A stretch of 64,000 bases of DNA from Candidatus Obscuribacteraceae bacterium (GTDB lineage: Bacteria > Cyanobacteriota > Vampirovibrionia > Obscuribacterales > Obscuribacteraceae): NCBI GenBank assembly GCA_044229845.1, contig JBGASG010000003.1:160001-224000 (forward strand), in the 5' to 3' direction. This document shows positions 9,335-18,741 of this stretch, piece by piece. Below the pieces are notes generated by a model that saw only the letters and a list, made by a program, of their open reading frames with translations, searched no databases and was not told the origin of the DNA. Each line of letters begins with the position of its first letter. Within the stretch, counting starts at the first letter, position 1. Both the position numbers and the translations under genes were made by a program.

Positions 9335-9982
9335 ATGTCCAATTCGAAGAATTACATCAAAGCGGGAAACCCCACAACTCCGGTATCCGAGTTACGCATG
9401 CTGCTCCGCGACAACAGCGCGCGAGTGCGGCAACGTCTCGCTTGTAATCCCAATACACCGCTCGATGTGCTGGCGGAACTGTCCCGAGACGAAGATCTGG
9501 AAGTGCGCATTCACGTAGCGCGCAATCCGCAGATACCGGTGGAACTTCTCAAACAGCTGGCAACGGACGAGAATATATACGTTCGCTTCGGTGTGGCGGC
9601 CTGTGCCGAAGCCCAGAGAGATACATTAGAACAACTGGCACGAGATGATAACCCGTACGTGGCACACCAAGCCATTCGTACGCTGGAAGGGATTGCGCTG
9701 GAAGAAGCGCTCGAAGAGATTGGCTGGGAATATGTTCACGGCGAAACCCAGCGTTTAGGCGAATTACTGGTGCTGGCGAAGTTATTATCAGAAGAACAGG
9801 TCCGCGAGTTTTTGCGGCATAGCGTGGAATCAAGCACCCCACTGGGAAGAACACTCGTGCAATCACGGGCGATACCGCGTAATACGGTAGTGATCGCTCT
9901 GGACTTGCAATTACTGATTCGCCGTGATGCAATGGAACCCGAGGTAGCCATCAGCGTCTTGCAGAAGAAGGGTCGACTTTAA
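9335..9982 (+). CDS. LRV/HEAT-repeat protein with C-terminal MshEN-like domain
   Basis: Repeats VRxxLAxNPxTPxxxLxxLxxD; C-terminal RLGELLVLAKLLSEEQV...PLGRTLV...ALDLQ. Confidence 0.75.
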   Translation: MSNSKNYIKAGNPTTPVSELRMLLRDNSARVRQRLACNPNTPLDVLAELSRDEDLEVRIHVARNPQIPVELLKQLATDENIYVRFGVAACAEAQRDTLEQLARDDNPYVAHQAIRTLEGIALEEALEEIGWEYVHGETQRLGELLVLAKLLSEEQVREFLRHSVESSTPLGRTLVQSRAIPRNTVVIALDLQLLIRRDAMEPEVAISVLQKKGRL

Positions 9983-10044
9983 CTGCCGCAGCAAACTCCC
10001 TCAAGACTCCACGGGCGGTGCGCCCCTAGAAACGGTCCCGCAAT

Positions 10045-10599
10045 ATGAAAAATCTACTTTCCCGGCTGCCCGGCCTGGTGTTGGCATGCTGCTGCGCCTG
10101 GTCGTGGGCATCCTCATCAAACGCGCTTGCTGTGCAGAGCGCGCCGCAACCCGCCCCCGCAGCGAAGGTCCAGTTCTGCTTCACAGGACTGGTGGTTGGC
10201 ATCTCAGATGGTGACACAATCAGCGTTATGCACGCAGGTCGCCCGGAGAAAGTGCGGCTCTCAGACATCGATTGCCCGGAAAGCCGCCAACCATACGGGC
10301 AGCGCGCCAAGCAGTTTACCGCCAAAGCGGCATTCAACAAAAACGTAACCGTCAGAGTCTGCGGCAAAGACAAATACGGACGCTCGCTAGGAGAAGTGTT
10401 TCTCCCCAATCACGCCAGCCTTAATACCGACCTTTTGAAATCCGGACTGGCCTGGGTCTATTTGAACCGCAGCAGCGATACCGCCAAGCACAAGGCACAA
10501 TCCAGGGCCCAGCTGACGCGCCGCGGGCTATGGCAAGACAAAGAGCCGATTCCGCCCTGGCAGTGGCGGAAGCTGGCAAAACAAAAGCAACTCCCCTAA
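10045..10599 (+). CDS. Secreted thermonuclease (SNase/micrococcal nuclease family)
   Basis: Signal peptide; ISDGDTI, VRLSDIDCPE, QPYG, DKYGRSL, GLAWVY and RGLW...PPWQWR motifs. Confidence 0.93.
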   Translation: MKNLLSRLPGLVLACCCAWSWASSSNALAVQSAPQPAPAAKVQFCFTGLVVGISDGDTISVMHAGRPEKVRLSDIDCPESRQPYGQRAKQFTAKAAFNKNVTVRVCGKDKYGRSLGEVFLPNHASLNTDLLKSGLAWVYLNRSSDTAKHKAQSRAQLTRRGLWQDKEPIPPWQWRKLAKQKQLP

Positions 10600-10693
10600 T
10601 TTGCCTGCTCAATAGCGTCACCTATACGACAATCACAGCACGAGCCGCACGCGTACCGCGCGTATAATACGGGCATAGCAGATTTGCACATGC

Positions 10694-12022
10694 TTGTGCG
10701 ACCGTGCCGATTGTGCACCCCGGTGGCGACATCCAGTGGCAGCTAACGTCGACTACAACAAACTATTCAAAGCAGCGATTATTGCGCTTGGATTGGTGTG
10801 GGTGGCGTTCGCCTATTTCACACTGGCAAATCCGACCAAACAACCGCTTCTCTGGGTGGAAAACGGAAAAACGATCAACACCGATTTTTCACAGGACTAT
10901 CAAATCGGTGTCATCGCTTGCTCGCCGGAGAGATTTCAGGCCTACGACCCAGAAGTGCAAAACAGCGTGCTCGATCGACTGGCGTACCCGATGCCGCCGC
11001 AGCAAGGGCAAACGATCGTGATTCAATGCATGCCGACCTGGTTCGTCCTCATGGCACCACTGAGCTGGCTACCCATGCGTGAGTCGTATTACCTGTTCTA
11101 CGCATCATCGCTGTTATGCACCACTGCCGGACTCTATCTTCTGGCGCGCAAGATAGGCGGCATGTCGCTCTTCGGCGCGACACTCTTGCTGATTTGCTTT
11201 TTGACCAGTGCACCAACCATATATGCAGCCCGCATTGGCAAGTCGGTATTGTTCTTTCTGCCGCTGCTGTGTTGTTTCTTCTATTTCTGGGTGAAAAGGA
11301 AGTCGATTCCGGCAGGATTATCTCTGGGGCTGGCCCTGGTGCGGCCTCAATATTCGGTCATTTTTTTGGCACCGGTCGTCATGCGCAAGCAATGGAAGAT
11401 GCTGGCGACGATCGTCGCTACGCAGACGGTGCTGCTCGCTGCATCCGCACTGACTCTCGGTGTATCGAACGTCATAAATTATCCATCCATCCTGTTTCAC
11501 CACGAAACCCGCGAAGGTTATGTGGGCGTCAATCCACAATTGATGATCTCGTTGCGCGGAGCTTTGAGTGGATTTCCGCAACCGATTGTCTTGGCGCTTT
11601 CCTGTGCCATATTCGCCACGGTTTTCTTCGTTTTGCTCAAGGTATTCAGTCTCAAAGAAACTCGCAAGATCAGTGACGCCTGGCTATTGTCGCTGGTTTT
11701 GATCGCCGCGATGATTGTCACTCCTCACAGCCATTATTACGACGTCATAATGCTTGGCATTCCCGCAGCCCTGACGTTGTCCAATCAAGTCAAATCGGAG
11801 GTGGGCGGCGGGTTCGCTTACAGCCTCTGGCGACTTTGCTTCTATGTCGCACCGATACTGAGCTACGGACGGCTCCTTTACAGTTCCGTCCCGCCGGCTT
11901 ACATATTCCTACCGTTAAATTTGCTACTGCTTATCGCGGGTTGTATCATCTCGTTTAAGAAGCCTGATAGCCCGACTGGTCACGATCACGATGGAACTCT
12001 CGAGGAGAAGGTCTGTTTATGA
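10694..12022 (+). CDS. Glycosyltransferase family 87 (DUF2029) polytopic membrane protein; start uncertain (alternative GTG 10736)
   Basis: DFSQDY...YDP, P.W..L.APL..LP, (K/R)PQ and PHSHYYD motifs; many TM segments. Confidence 0.75.
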   Translation: MCDRADCAPRWRHPVAANVDYNKLFKAAIIALGLVWVAFAYFTLANPTKQPLLWVENGKTINTDFSQDYQIGVIACSPERFQAYDPEVQNSVLDRLAYPMPPQQGQTIVIQCMPTWFVLMAPLSWLPMRESYYLFYASSLLCTTAGLYLLARKIGGMSLFGATLLLICFLTSAPTIYAARIGKSVLFFLPLLCCFFYFWVKRKSIPAGLSLGLALVRPQYSVIFLAPVVMRKQWKMLATIVATQTVLLAASALTLGVSNVINYPSILFHHETREGYVGVNPQLMISLRGALSGFPQPIVLALSCAIFATVFFVLLKVFSLKETRKISDAWLLSLVLIAAMIVTPHSHYYDVIMLGIPAALTLSNQVKSEVGGGFAYSLWRLCFYVAPILSYGRLLYSSVPPAYIFLPLNLLLLIAGCIISFKKPDSPTGHDHDGTLEEKVCL

Positions 12023-12822
12023 AGTCCCGAAATGTCCTGTTAGCAATGGCTCTGGTGACGCTGGGCAGCCTGCCGCTGGCACAGCTGACTCCTGCTGCCC
12101 AAAGCGGCAAAGTCGAGGGCGCCAAAGACCTCTTCTACAAGCAACTGGACAAGCCACAGCTGGCTATGAATACGGGCGTGCAGTACTGGATTGAGCTGCA
12201 TCGAAAGGGACAGGTTTTGAAAGTCTCCAACAAGACAGCATTTTTCAGCGGCGACAAAATTCGCTTTCACGTCCGTCCGAATATCGACGGTTACGCGTAC
12301 GTGCTCTTAAAAAGTGGCAGCAGAGGCGATCGAGACGTTCTTTTCCCGGTGGCCAAATACGGCGACGACAATCACATCGTTCACGGTCGCGACATCTCAA
12401 TTCCAGAGAAAGAAAATGATCTGTTGGAGTTCGACAACGACCCCGGCATCGAACACGTAGGCATCGTGCTGTCGCGCAAGCCGATCAACGCCCAGGAATA
12501 TCTCAATAAGACGCAGCCTGTCGTGATCGCATCCGGCATCGAAGGCAGTAAAGATCTGGTGCCGTCACGGGTGACCGTGCAGCCGGCAGCAGTTCAAGAA
12601 GCTCAATCAACAGATTCGCGGATTACGACCGTCGCTGCCACGGGCGTTCCGTCCACCGGCGCGGTACTTTCGGACAATCCGACGCAGCCCGTCAAGCCCA
12701 TTCCGGACCAGACACCGAGAAATCCCGGCGCCAGCAGCAACAAGGAAGAAACCGGCGTCACAACCGTGGTAACTGAAGACGCCGGCATTCTGGGCGTCGA
12801 CATTATGTTGCAGCACCTGTAA
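12019..12822 (+). CDS. Secreted DUF4384-domain protein
   Basis: Signal peptide; FFSGDKIRFHVRPNIDGYAYVL, VLFP and FDNDPGIE; ATGA overlap with the GT87 gene. Confidence 0.8.
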   Translation: MKSRNVLLAMALVTLGSLPLAQLTPAAQSGKVEGAKDLFYKQLDKPQLAMNTGVQYWIELHRKGQVLKVSNKTAFFSGDKIRFHVRPNIDGYAYVLLKSGSRGDRDVLFPVAKYGDDNHIVHGRDISIPEKENDLLEFDNDPGIEHVGIVLSRKPINAQEYLNKTQPVVIASGIEGSKDLVPSRVTVQPAAVQEAQSTDSRITTVAATGVPSTGAVLSDNPTQPVKPIPDQTPRNPGASSNKEETGVTTVVTEDAGILGVDIMLQHL

Positions 12823-12828
12823 GGCGCT

Positions 12829-14304
12829 TTACGGCTTCTTCCTGGGTGTCGCCTTCGGGGGAGCCGCTGGCGGCAAGGCGCCCGCGATATGATATTTTGC
12901 CTCCAGGGCGGCAGCGTCCTCGTTTTTCTGTTGCGAGCGCAGCAGCATCGCATAGTTTCTCACCGTGCGCGCGATCATCTCAGCTTTTCCAACCTGTTGA
13001 TATAACTCCAATGCTCGCACGTACTTCGCTTCCGCGTCGGCGAAATTTGCCGACTGCCAGGCGCGAATTGCGCTGTTGTTGAGTGCAGCTCCGAGATTTT
13101 CTTTGAACGTTGCGGTTTTTGGATCGAGTTTCATCGCCTCCTCAAATTTCTCGATCGCACCATCTGCATCACCTCTATTCAATAGCTGAACGCCACTGGC
13201 ATTGATACTGAGCGCGTCGGGAATGATCGACACATCGTCGGAATAAAGATGAACGATGGTTTTCTTGTCCCGATCGCTGAGCGATACCTCAGTGTCGGCC
13301 AGCGGCGACGTATCGAACATGATGTCTCCAGGCATGGTGCTGTGCCCCTGCAAGCCGCAGGCATGACCGACTTCGTGCAAACACTTCATGCGCATCAAGG
13401 TCGGAGTCAGAGGCCGGTCCGGAGCCGGGTCCAGTGTCAGCAACACAATAGTGGCGGAAACTATGCCGTCGGGGCCGGGAAAGATTCTGGCTTCACCACC
13501 TTCAGCCGCCCGCTGTGCAACATTTTGCAGGTCGTTGCGATTATTGCTCCACTTAACGGTCATGTCGGCTCCCTCAGTTTTGGGGACGAAAGTGAAAGCC
13601 AGTTTTCCTTCCGCCGCTGCCGACCAGTCGGCAAAAGCTTGTTTGAGTATATCTGCGTAGATCGGCTTGTAGCCCGGCACACCAGTGGCGTCAGCAACGA
13701 ACACCTTGATTGGCAGGCGATTTTGATTCCACTTCTGCGGGTGCCCGCGCGAAATTTCCACAAAGTAATCGGAACCATCGGCGGTACCACCGCCAAGATT
13801 CTGAATGTCCCTGGTCCGTTCTTGCTCTTTTTTGATGCCATTTACCATACCGTTGACCTTGACGGCAAACGGATTATTAGGAAAGCGTTTGAGAAACTCA
13901 CTGTAAGTCTGCAACGCCTTGACTTTTTGCCCATTGGCCTGATACATGTTGGCCAGGTTCATCCAGATTTCAGCACGCCCTGGACTCAACTGCACCGCTT
14001 TCTCCATTTGCGCAATTGCTTCCGGGGTGCGGCCCATCCGGGCCAGCACTACGCCCAGATTGCATTGCGCGTCCTCCAGAGTCGGATCGAGGGCAACCGC
14101 TTGCTGCAACTTATCTAGCGCGGGCTGCATCTGATTGGTACGCATCAGAGTCATAGCTTCCTGGACCAGCTGACCGGCCTGGAATGTTTTTTCAGATACG
14201 GGTTTACCGTTGCGTGTGTATTGCATCTTCTGGGCCGACAAGGGTCCGATTGATGCCACCATTAGCAGTGCCAAAACCGTGGTCCACGACATCCAACGAA
14301 ACAT
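12829..14304 (-). CDS. Secreted TPR-repeat + matrixin (M10-like) zinc metalloprotease
   Basis: Start reassigned to ATG 14304 (GGAGG SD, signal peptide); TPRs on both sides; HEVGHACGLQGHS...DIM Met-turn and LSDRD motifs. Confidence 0.88.
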   Translation of the reverse strand: MFRWMSWTTVLALLMVASIGPLSAQKMQYTRNGKPVSEKTFQAGQLVQEAMTLMRTNQMQPALDKLQQAVALDPTLEDAQCNLGVVLARMGRTPEAIAQMEKAVQLSPGRAEIWMNLANMYQANGQKVKALQTYSEFLKRFPNNPFAVKVNGMVNGIKKEQERTRDIQNLGGGTADGSDYFVEISRGHPQKWNQNRLPIKVFVADATGVPGYKPIYADILKQAFADWSAAAEGKLAFTFVPKTEGADMTVKWSNNRNDLQNVAQRAAEGGEARIFPGPDGIVSATIVLLTLDPAPDRPLTPTLMRMKCLHEVGHACGLQGHSTMPGDIMFDTSPLADTEVSLSDRDKKTIVHLYSDDVSIIPDALSINASGVQLLNRGDADGAIEKFEEAMKLDPKTATFKENLGAALNNSAIRAWQSANFADAEAKYVRALELYQQVGKAEMIARTVRNYAMLLRSQQKNEDAAALEAKYHIAGALPPAAPPKATPRKKP

Positions 14305-14502
14305 GCTCTTCCTCCAGACACCCCGGACGACCCGCGCGATTCGACGTAAGACTGACTGCGAGCTGCCGATATTCTCTTTGTACCACCCCTCAGCACGCAG
14401 GAGAATCAAGTGGGATACCACAAGCTGCCGATAAACTTCAAAGATAAAACGGCGTCGCGTCCCGTGGTACATAGTTAAAAGCCCTTAGTAGCAGATAGAA
14501 TC

Positions 14503-15303
14503 GTGAATAAGCTCCCGAGCGAAAGCCCTGGTAGCGACGAGGCGGCGGAGCTCAGGCGCGCCACGACGCTGGACTCGCTGTGGCCGGGAACGCTGCTCGC
14601 CATGGTCACCAGTATCGCGGCAATTGTTCAGTCCAACTCATACTTGTTTGAACAACCGGTCCGGGATGGATTGCTGGACTTTGTCCTGATCGCCCAGGTG
14701 CCCTTGCTCTACTTCTGGTGTATGGGCGTGTTTCGCATCCGTCGCTTTCTGCACAGCCAGACTGAGTCTGGTACTTTCTCTGTGCTCATCGCGTCGTTGG
14801 CGACGGTGATGACCAGCCCGGTTGCTCCGCCTCTTGCCCACATCTTTGGCGGAGGCATAGTAGGCAAGGCGATTGAAGTCTTCATTTCGATGCCGGTGTT
14901 TCACATGCCACCTTCGGGTATCCGGCATGCTCTCATGGTCGCTCTGGCGGTGGTCCAGATGCTCCTGGTGTTCGTCTCGATCTTCGGCTCCTGCGCCTAC
15001 GTCATCTGGGGCAACGTCAGCCTGGTCTCGCGCATCACCAACCTCGTTAACAGCAACACAAAAATTGCCATCAATCCGCTTTTGCAGCAAATCTTCGTAT
15101 CCAGTGGCATGGCGGCGCCCTTTGTCTGGTACCTGTTCAACATGGGGCGTGACCCCTCGGACAGCGTATATTTCACTGCCCAGTCGATCGGATTTGCCGT
15201 AGCGTTCATCGCCATGGGCGAGCTAAATGAGAAACTGCGAAGGCTGGAAGTTGGGGCAACCAAGTCCACCAAACCCGCGGACGAAGAGAGCGAAAGTGGG
15301 TAG
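14503..15303 (+). CDS. Hypothetical polytopic membrane protein
   Basis: 266-aa ORF with about 6 hydrophobic segments, 10 bp upstream of the kinase gene. Confidence 0.7.
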   Translation: MNKLPSESPGSDEAAELRRATTLDSLWPGTLLAMVTSIAAIVQSNSYLFEQPVRDGLLDFVLIAQVPLLYFWCMGVFRIRRFLHSQTESGTFSVLIASLATVMTSPVAPPLAHIFGGGIVGKAIEVFISMPVFHMPPSGIRHALMVALAVVQMLLVFVSIFGSCAYVIWGNVSLVSRITNLVNSNTKIAINPLLQQIFVSSGMAAPFVWYLFNMGRDPSDSVYFTAQSIGFAVAFIAMGELNEKLRRLEVGATKSTKPADEESESG

Positions 15304-15313
15304 TTAATAAACC

Positions 15314-16654
15314 ATGAGTCCAAATCAGGTAGAGCATTTCCATCATTCGCTGTTCCGCAAGGTCCTCTACTTCGAGTGGGCATTCTTATTCCTCGTGGCA
15401 CTGGTACAAGGTCTTGCCTTCAACTTCGCGCCGCCGGATCCGACAGCTCCCAACGTCGCGGTTTCGCTGGGCTTGCTTTTGCCGGTGCTGGCGGTCAGCC
15501 TCTGGACACCCAATACTTGCCCTCCCTGGCAGCGTCTCGCTTATGTCCTGATCGAGCTTTTCTTCATCACGGCAGCTTCCACCATGGGCATCTCCAGATT
15601 TGTTTTCCCGCTCTACATGTGCACAATCGCAAAAGCCTCGCTCTTGCTAGACAGACGGGGATTGATCATCCTCATTTTTTCAGCGTTCTTCGCCCAGATA
15701 TTTTGCTCCAGCTTGAAGATCATCTGGACCAATCCGGGTGAGGGCGGTTGGACAGTCGGCGCATTTTCGACCATTCTAGGCGAGTCAATCATTATCACCT
15801 TCTTCAACGGAGCCTTGATGATTTTGCTGGCGATGGTCACCCTGGCGCTCATTTCCGAAAAGACAAGCCGCCTGCGAGCCGAACGATTGGGAAAAGAAGT
15901 GGAGTCACTGGCGACAGAGCTGGAGCGTACTAGAATTGCTCGCGAAATTCACGACAGTCTGGGACACACCCTCACTTCCCTCAATATTCAGCTTGAGGTT
16001 GCTCGCAAGCTGGCAGAGCGAGACCCTCAGCAGGCGCATCAAGCACTGACGCTGGCAAAACAGCTGGCCGGGCAAACGCTTTCCGATGTTCGCCAGGCGG
16101 TACAGTCGATACGTTCGCCGGTCTTGAACCTGATGATTGCGATACCAGATATGGTATCACAATTGAAACAATTGCATGGGTTGGACATCCAGACAGAGCT
16201 GAATACCGGCGACCTGCCGCCCAGTATCAGCTACCACCTTTACAGAATTACACAGGAGTGTCTAACCAACGTCATCAAACACGCACAGGCTCGCCATGTG
16301 CGCGTCCACTTGCATCAGAAGCGAGACAGCATCACCCTCAGCGTTTCCGACGACGGGCGCGGCATGCCAACAGACTCCCGATATAGCGGATTTGGCATCA
16401 AGGGCATCACAGAACGCACCGACGCTCTGAACGGCAAACTCTCCATCTTTAGTGAACCTGGGTTTGGCACCCGTATCGAGATTAACATCCCGCTGGAAGC
16501 GGAGTACCTGGAAGACGCCGAGTCCTCTCAGGAAAAAAACACCAGCGAGCCTGCCGAAGCTGAGGAACCGGGCGACGGAGTTGGAGAATCCACGGGCGAC
16601 GCCAGAGCAGTAGGGGAGGAGCCCCGCGGCGCTGAAGAGTCAAAAGTTCAGTAA
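15314..16654 (+). CDS. Membrane sensor histidine kinase, HisKA_3 (NarX/DesK-like)
   Basis: ERTRIAREIHDSLGH H-box, QECLTNVIKHA N-box, DDGRG and GFGIKGITER. Confidence 0.95.
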   Translation: MSPNQVEHFHHSLFRKVLYFEWAFLFLVALVQGLAFNFAPPDPTAPNVAVSLGLLLPVLAVSLWTPNTCPPWQRLAYVLIELFFITAASTMGISRFVFPLYMCTIAKASLLLDRRGLIILIFSAFFAQIFCSSLKIIWTNPGEGGWTVGAFSTILGESIIITFFNGALMILLAMVTLALISEKTSRLRAERLGKEVESLATELERTRIAREIHDSLGHTLTSLNIQLEVARKLAERDPQQAHQALTLAKQLAGQTLSDVRQAVQSIRSPVLNLMIAIPDMVSQLKQLHGLDIQTELNTGDLPPSISYHLYRITQECLTNVIKHAQARHVRVHLHQKRDSITLSVSDDGRGMPTDSRYSGFGIKGITERTDALNGKLSIFSEPGFGTRIEINIPLEAEYLEDAESSQEKNTSEPAEAEEPGDGVGESTGDARAVGEEPRGAEESKVQ

Positions 16655-16671
16655 AGCCGGCTCCGAAGCCG

Positions 16672-16707
16672 AAAAAGAGAGCTGCGGAACACGAATGCTC
16701 CGCAGCT
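16672..16707 (-). terminator. Intrinsic terminator of pilin copy 1 (possibly bidirectional)
   Basis: Stem AGCTGCGGA/TCCGCAGCT followed by a T-run on the minus strand. Confidence 0.7.
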
Positions 16708-16758
16708 TCAAGATGAGCAGCGACATCGGCTGTCTCCAGCCGAAATAATGAACCGGCG

Positions 16759-16953
16759 TTAACTGGATGTGGTGTTAAGGCGGTTCAATTCGCTAACGAT
16801 ACGAGAGAACGATTGCGAAATGGCGGATTGCAGTGTGCCTTGCGCGAAACCGAATACGACGGCTACGAGCAACGCTACGAACGCAAGGATCGCACCATAT
16901 TCAGTGATACCTTGTCCTGATTCGTCGTTATAGAACTCCGTTAAGTATGTCAT
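16759..16953 (-). CDS. flp: Flp family type IVb pilin, copy 1
   Basis: DESG^QGITEY Flp motif, hydrophobic helix, 64 aa; GGAG SD. Confidence 0.92.
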   Translation of the reverse strand: MTYLTEFYNDESGQGITEYGAILAFVALLVAVVFGFAQGTLQSAISQSFSRIVSELNRLNTTSS

Positions 16954-17124
16954 TTCATCTCTCCGAGAGGTGCTCAGTGCAGGATGGGCATGAACCTGGG
17001 AAGTGAAGCCGACAAGCGACGCCACTGGATCCATCATATCCCATAGGACTTACCTTGGATAGCAGGCGGACCATTGCGGATACTCGGTCAAGTGCCTGTC
17101 AGCGTGCCGGCTAATCGCGTGCAG

Positions 17125-17152
17125 AAAAAGAACGGGCAGATTTCTCTGCCCG
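17125..17152 (-). terminator. Intrinsic terminator of pilin copy 2
   Basis: Stem CGGGCAGA/TCTGCCCG followed by TTCTTTTT on the minus strand. Confidence 0.75.
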
Positions 17153-17181
17153 CCGATGTGTTTTGGAACTCCAGTGTCGTA

Positions 17182-17376
17182 TTAGCTGGAAGTCGTGTTC
17201 AGACGATTCAGTTCGCTGACAATACGCGAGAAAGATTGCGAAATCGCGCTCTGCAACGTGCCTTGTGCGAAACCAAATACGACGGCTACCAGAAGAGCCA
17301 CGAACGCAAGGATGGCACCATATTCGGTGATACCTTGTCCTGATTCGTCGTTAAAAAATTCTGCTACGTATGTCAT
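17182..17376 (-). CDS. flp: Flp family type IVb pilin, copy 2
   Basis: Same Flp motif; GGAG SD 8 nt before ATG 17376. Confidence 0.92.
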   Translation of the reverse strand: MTYVAEFFNDESGQGITEYGAILAFVALLVAVVFGFAQGTLQSAISQSFSRIVSELNRLNTTSS

Positions 17377-17491
17377 GCTCATAACTCCGCGCTGGGGTTG
17401 TTAACTCGGGGGTGCGACTCAGAAGTCGCGTCTGGTTATCTTACTCTCCGATTGCAGAAATTAGACTGCTCATTGGCGAAGAACTACACAG

Positions 17492-17520
17492 AAAAACGGG
17501 CGAGGAAGATCCTCGCCCGT
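17492..17520 (-). terminator. Intrinsic terminator of pilin copy 3
   Basis: 11-bp stem ACGGGCGAGGA/TCCTCGCCCGT ending in a T-run on the minus strand. Confidence 0.8.
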
Positions 17521-17544
17521 CCATGACGCTGGGTGTATGACTTG

Positions 17545-17739
17545 TTATGACGAAGTCGTGTTCAAGCGGTTCAGTTCAGATACGATACGGGAGAACGATT
17601 GCGAAATCGCGCTCTGCAACGTGCCTTGTGCGAAACCGAATACGACTGCTACCAGAAGAGCCACGAACGCAAGGATGGCACCATATTCGGTGATACCTTG
17701 TCCTGATTCGTCGTTAAAAAATTCTGCTACGTATGTCAT
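17545..17739 (-). CDS. flp: Flp family type IVb pilin, copy 3
   Basis: Protein identical to copy 2; GGGAG SD. Confidence 0.92.
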   Translation of the reverse strand: MTYVAEFFNDESGQGITEYGAILAFVALLVAVVFGFAQGTLQSAISQSFSRIVSELNRLNTTSS

Positions 17740-17877
17740 GTTAACTTTATCTCCCAATTGGTTTAGCTTCCTGTCCCTGTGGGGCCGAGCTCGAGTTCGG
17801 TAGTCTACTTAATGGTCCTGCGAATTGCAAATTCGCTGCTCATGCCAACAGTAAATCACGCTGCCCTCCCGTGGCCA

Positions 17878-17917
17878 TCACCCCAAAGTCACCAAATTGC
17901 CCATGACCTTAGTCATG
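17878..17917. promoter_or_regulatory. Perfect palindrome CATGAC-CTTA-GTCATG (17902-17917) plus a degenerate copy at 17878-17893; probable NarL-family regulator site
   Basis: Located in the divergent pilin/response-regulator intergenic region. Confidence 0.6.
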
Positions 17918-18048
17918 TCTTGCGGTAGAAGCATCTACTGTCGTGCTTTTGCGGCTTTATGGCGGCCCTTTCCAACAGCTTTTGTGGGGTAGTAAGGATG
18001 ATGTCCACAGGGTATTAAGTAGACGTAAGAAACCCTCGAAAGACCGCC

Positions 18049-18708
18049 ATGATTCGCCTTTTACTCGTTGACGATCAAGCCCTGGTACGCCAGGGGTTAG
18101 CTACCTTATTGGCCCTCGAAGAAGATTTCGAGATCGTCGGACAGGCCAGCCAGGGCACGGAAGCCGTGCAATTGGCTGAGTCTTTGAAGCCGGATGTCAT
18201 CTTGATGGACATTCGCATGCCCCAGACCGACGGCGTGTCGGCGACCAAACAGATTGTCGGAAAGATGCCCCAGACGAAGGTTTTAGTCCTTACTACTTTC
18301 GACGACGACGAATATATTGTGCAGGCGATGCAGGCCGGCGCATCGGGCTATCTACTTAAAGACTTGCCTTCCGAGCAGCTGGCGTCAGCCGTACGGGCCG
18401 TCCATCAGGGCTACACGCAGCTCGGTCCGACTATCACAACCAAAATCATCTCGCGGCTGAACAGCGGCGGACAGCAGCCTGAATCCTCTAAAGCCACGCT
18501 GACAGAGCTCTTCACCGGGCGAGAGCTGGAGGTCTTGCAGCTTCTGGGGCAAGGCAAGAGCAATAAAGAAATCGCTCAAAAGCTCTTTATTACCGAAGGT
18601 ACGGTGAAGAACCACATCACCCGTATACTGTCCCAGTTAAACGTTCGCAGCCGCACAGAAGCGGCGCTCTGGGCGCAGCAAAACCTCAAGGTCAGCAGCG
18701 GCGAATAA
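18049..18708 (+). CDS. NarL/LuxR-family DNA-binding response regulator
   Basis: LLVDDQ, MDIRMP, LTTFDDD, GYLLKD and LuxR HTH RELEVL...GKSNKEIAQKLFITEGTVKNH. Confidence 0.96.
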   Translation: MIRLLLVDDQALVRQGLATLLALEEDFEIVGQASQGTEAVQLAESLKPDVILMDIRMPQTDGVSATKQIVGKMPQTKVLVLTTFDDDEYIVQAMQAGASGYLLKDLPSEQLASAVRAVHQGYTQLGPTITTKIISRLNSGGQQPESSKATLTELFTGRELEVLQLLGQGKSNKEIAQKLFITEGTVKNHITRILSQLNVRSRTEAALWAQQNLKVSSGE

Positions 18709-18741
18709 CTGGTTCGGTTTCGGCGGTCCGAGGTTCCAGGC

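Noticed and set aside
16759..17739. Pilin triplication as an assembly artefact or antigenic-variation cassette
   Set aside because: The copies differ at many synonymous sites and have unique flanks, so they are real; the mature peptides are identical, so recombination would produce no antigenic variation.
17820..17850. Sigma54 promoter (TGGCA...TTGC) for the pilins
   Set aside because: The spacing between the GG and GC elements is too long for -24/-12.
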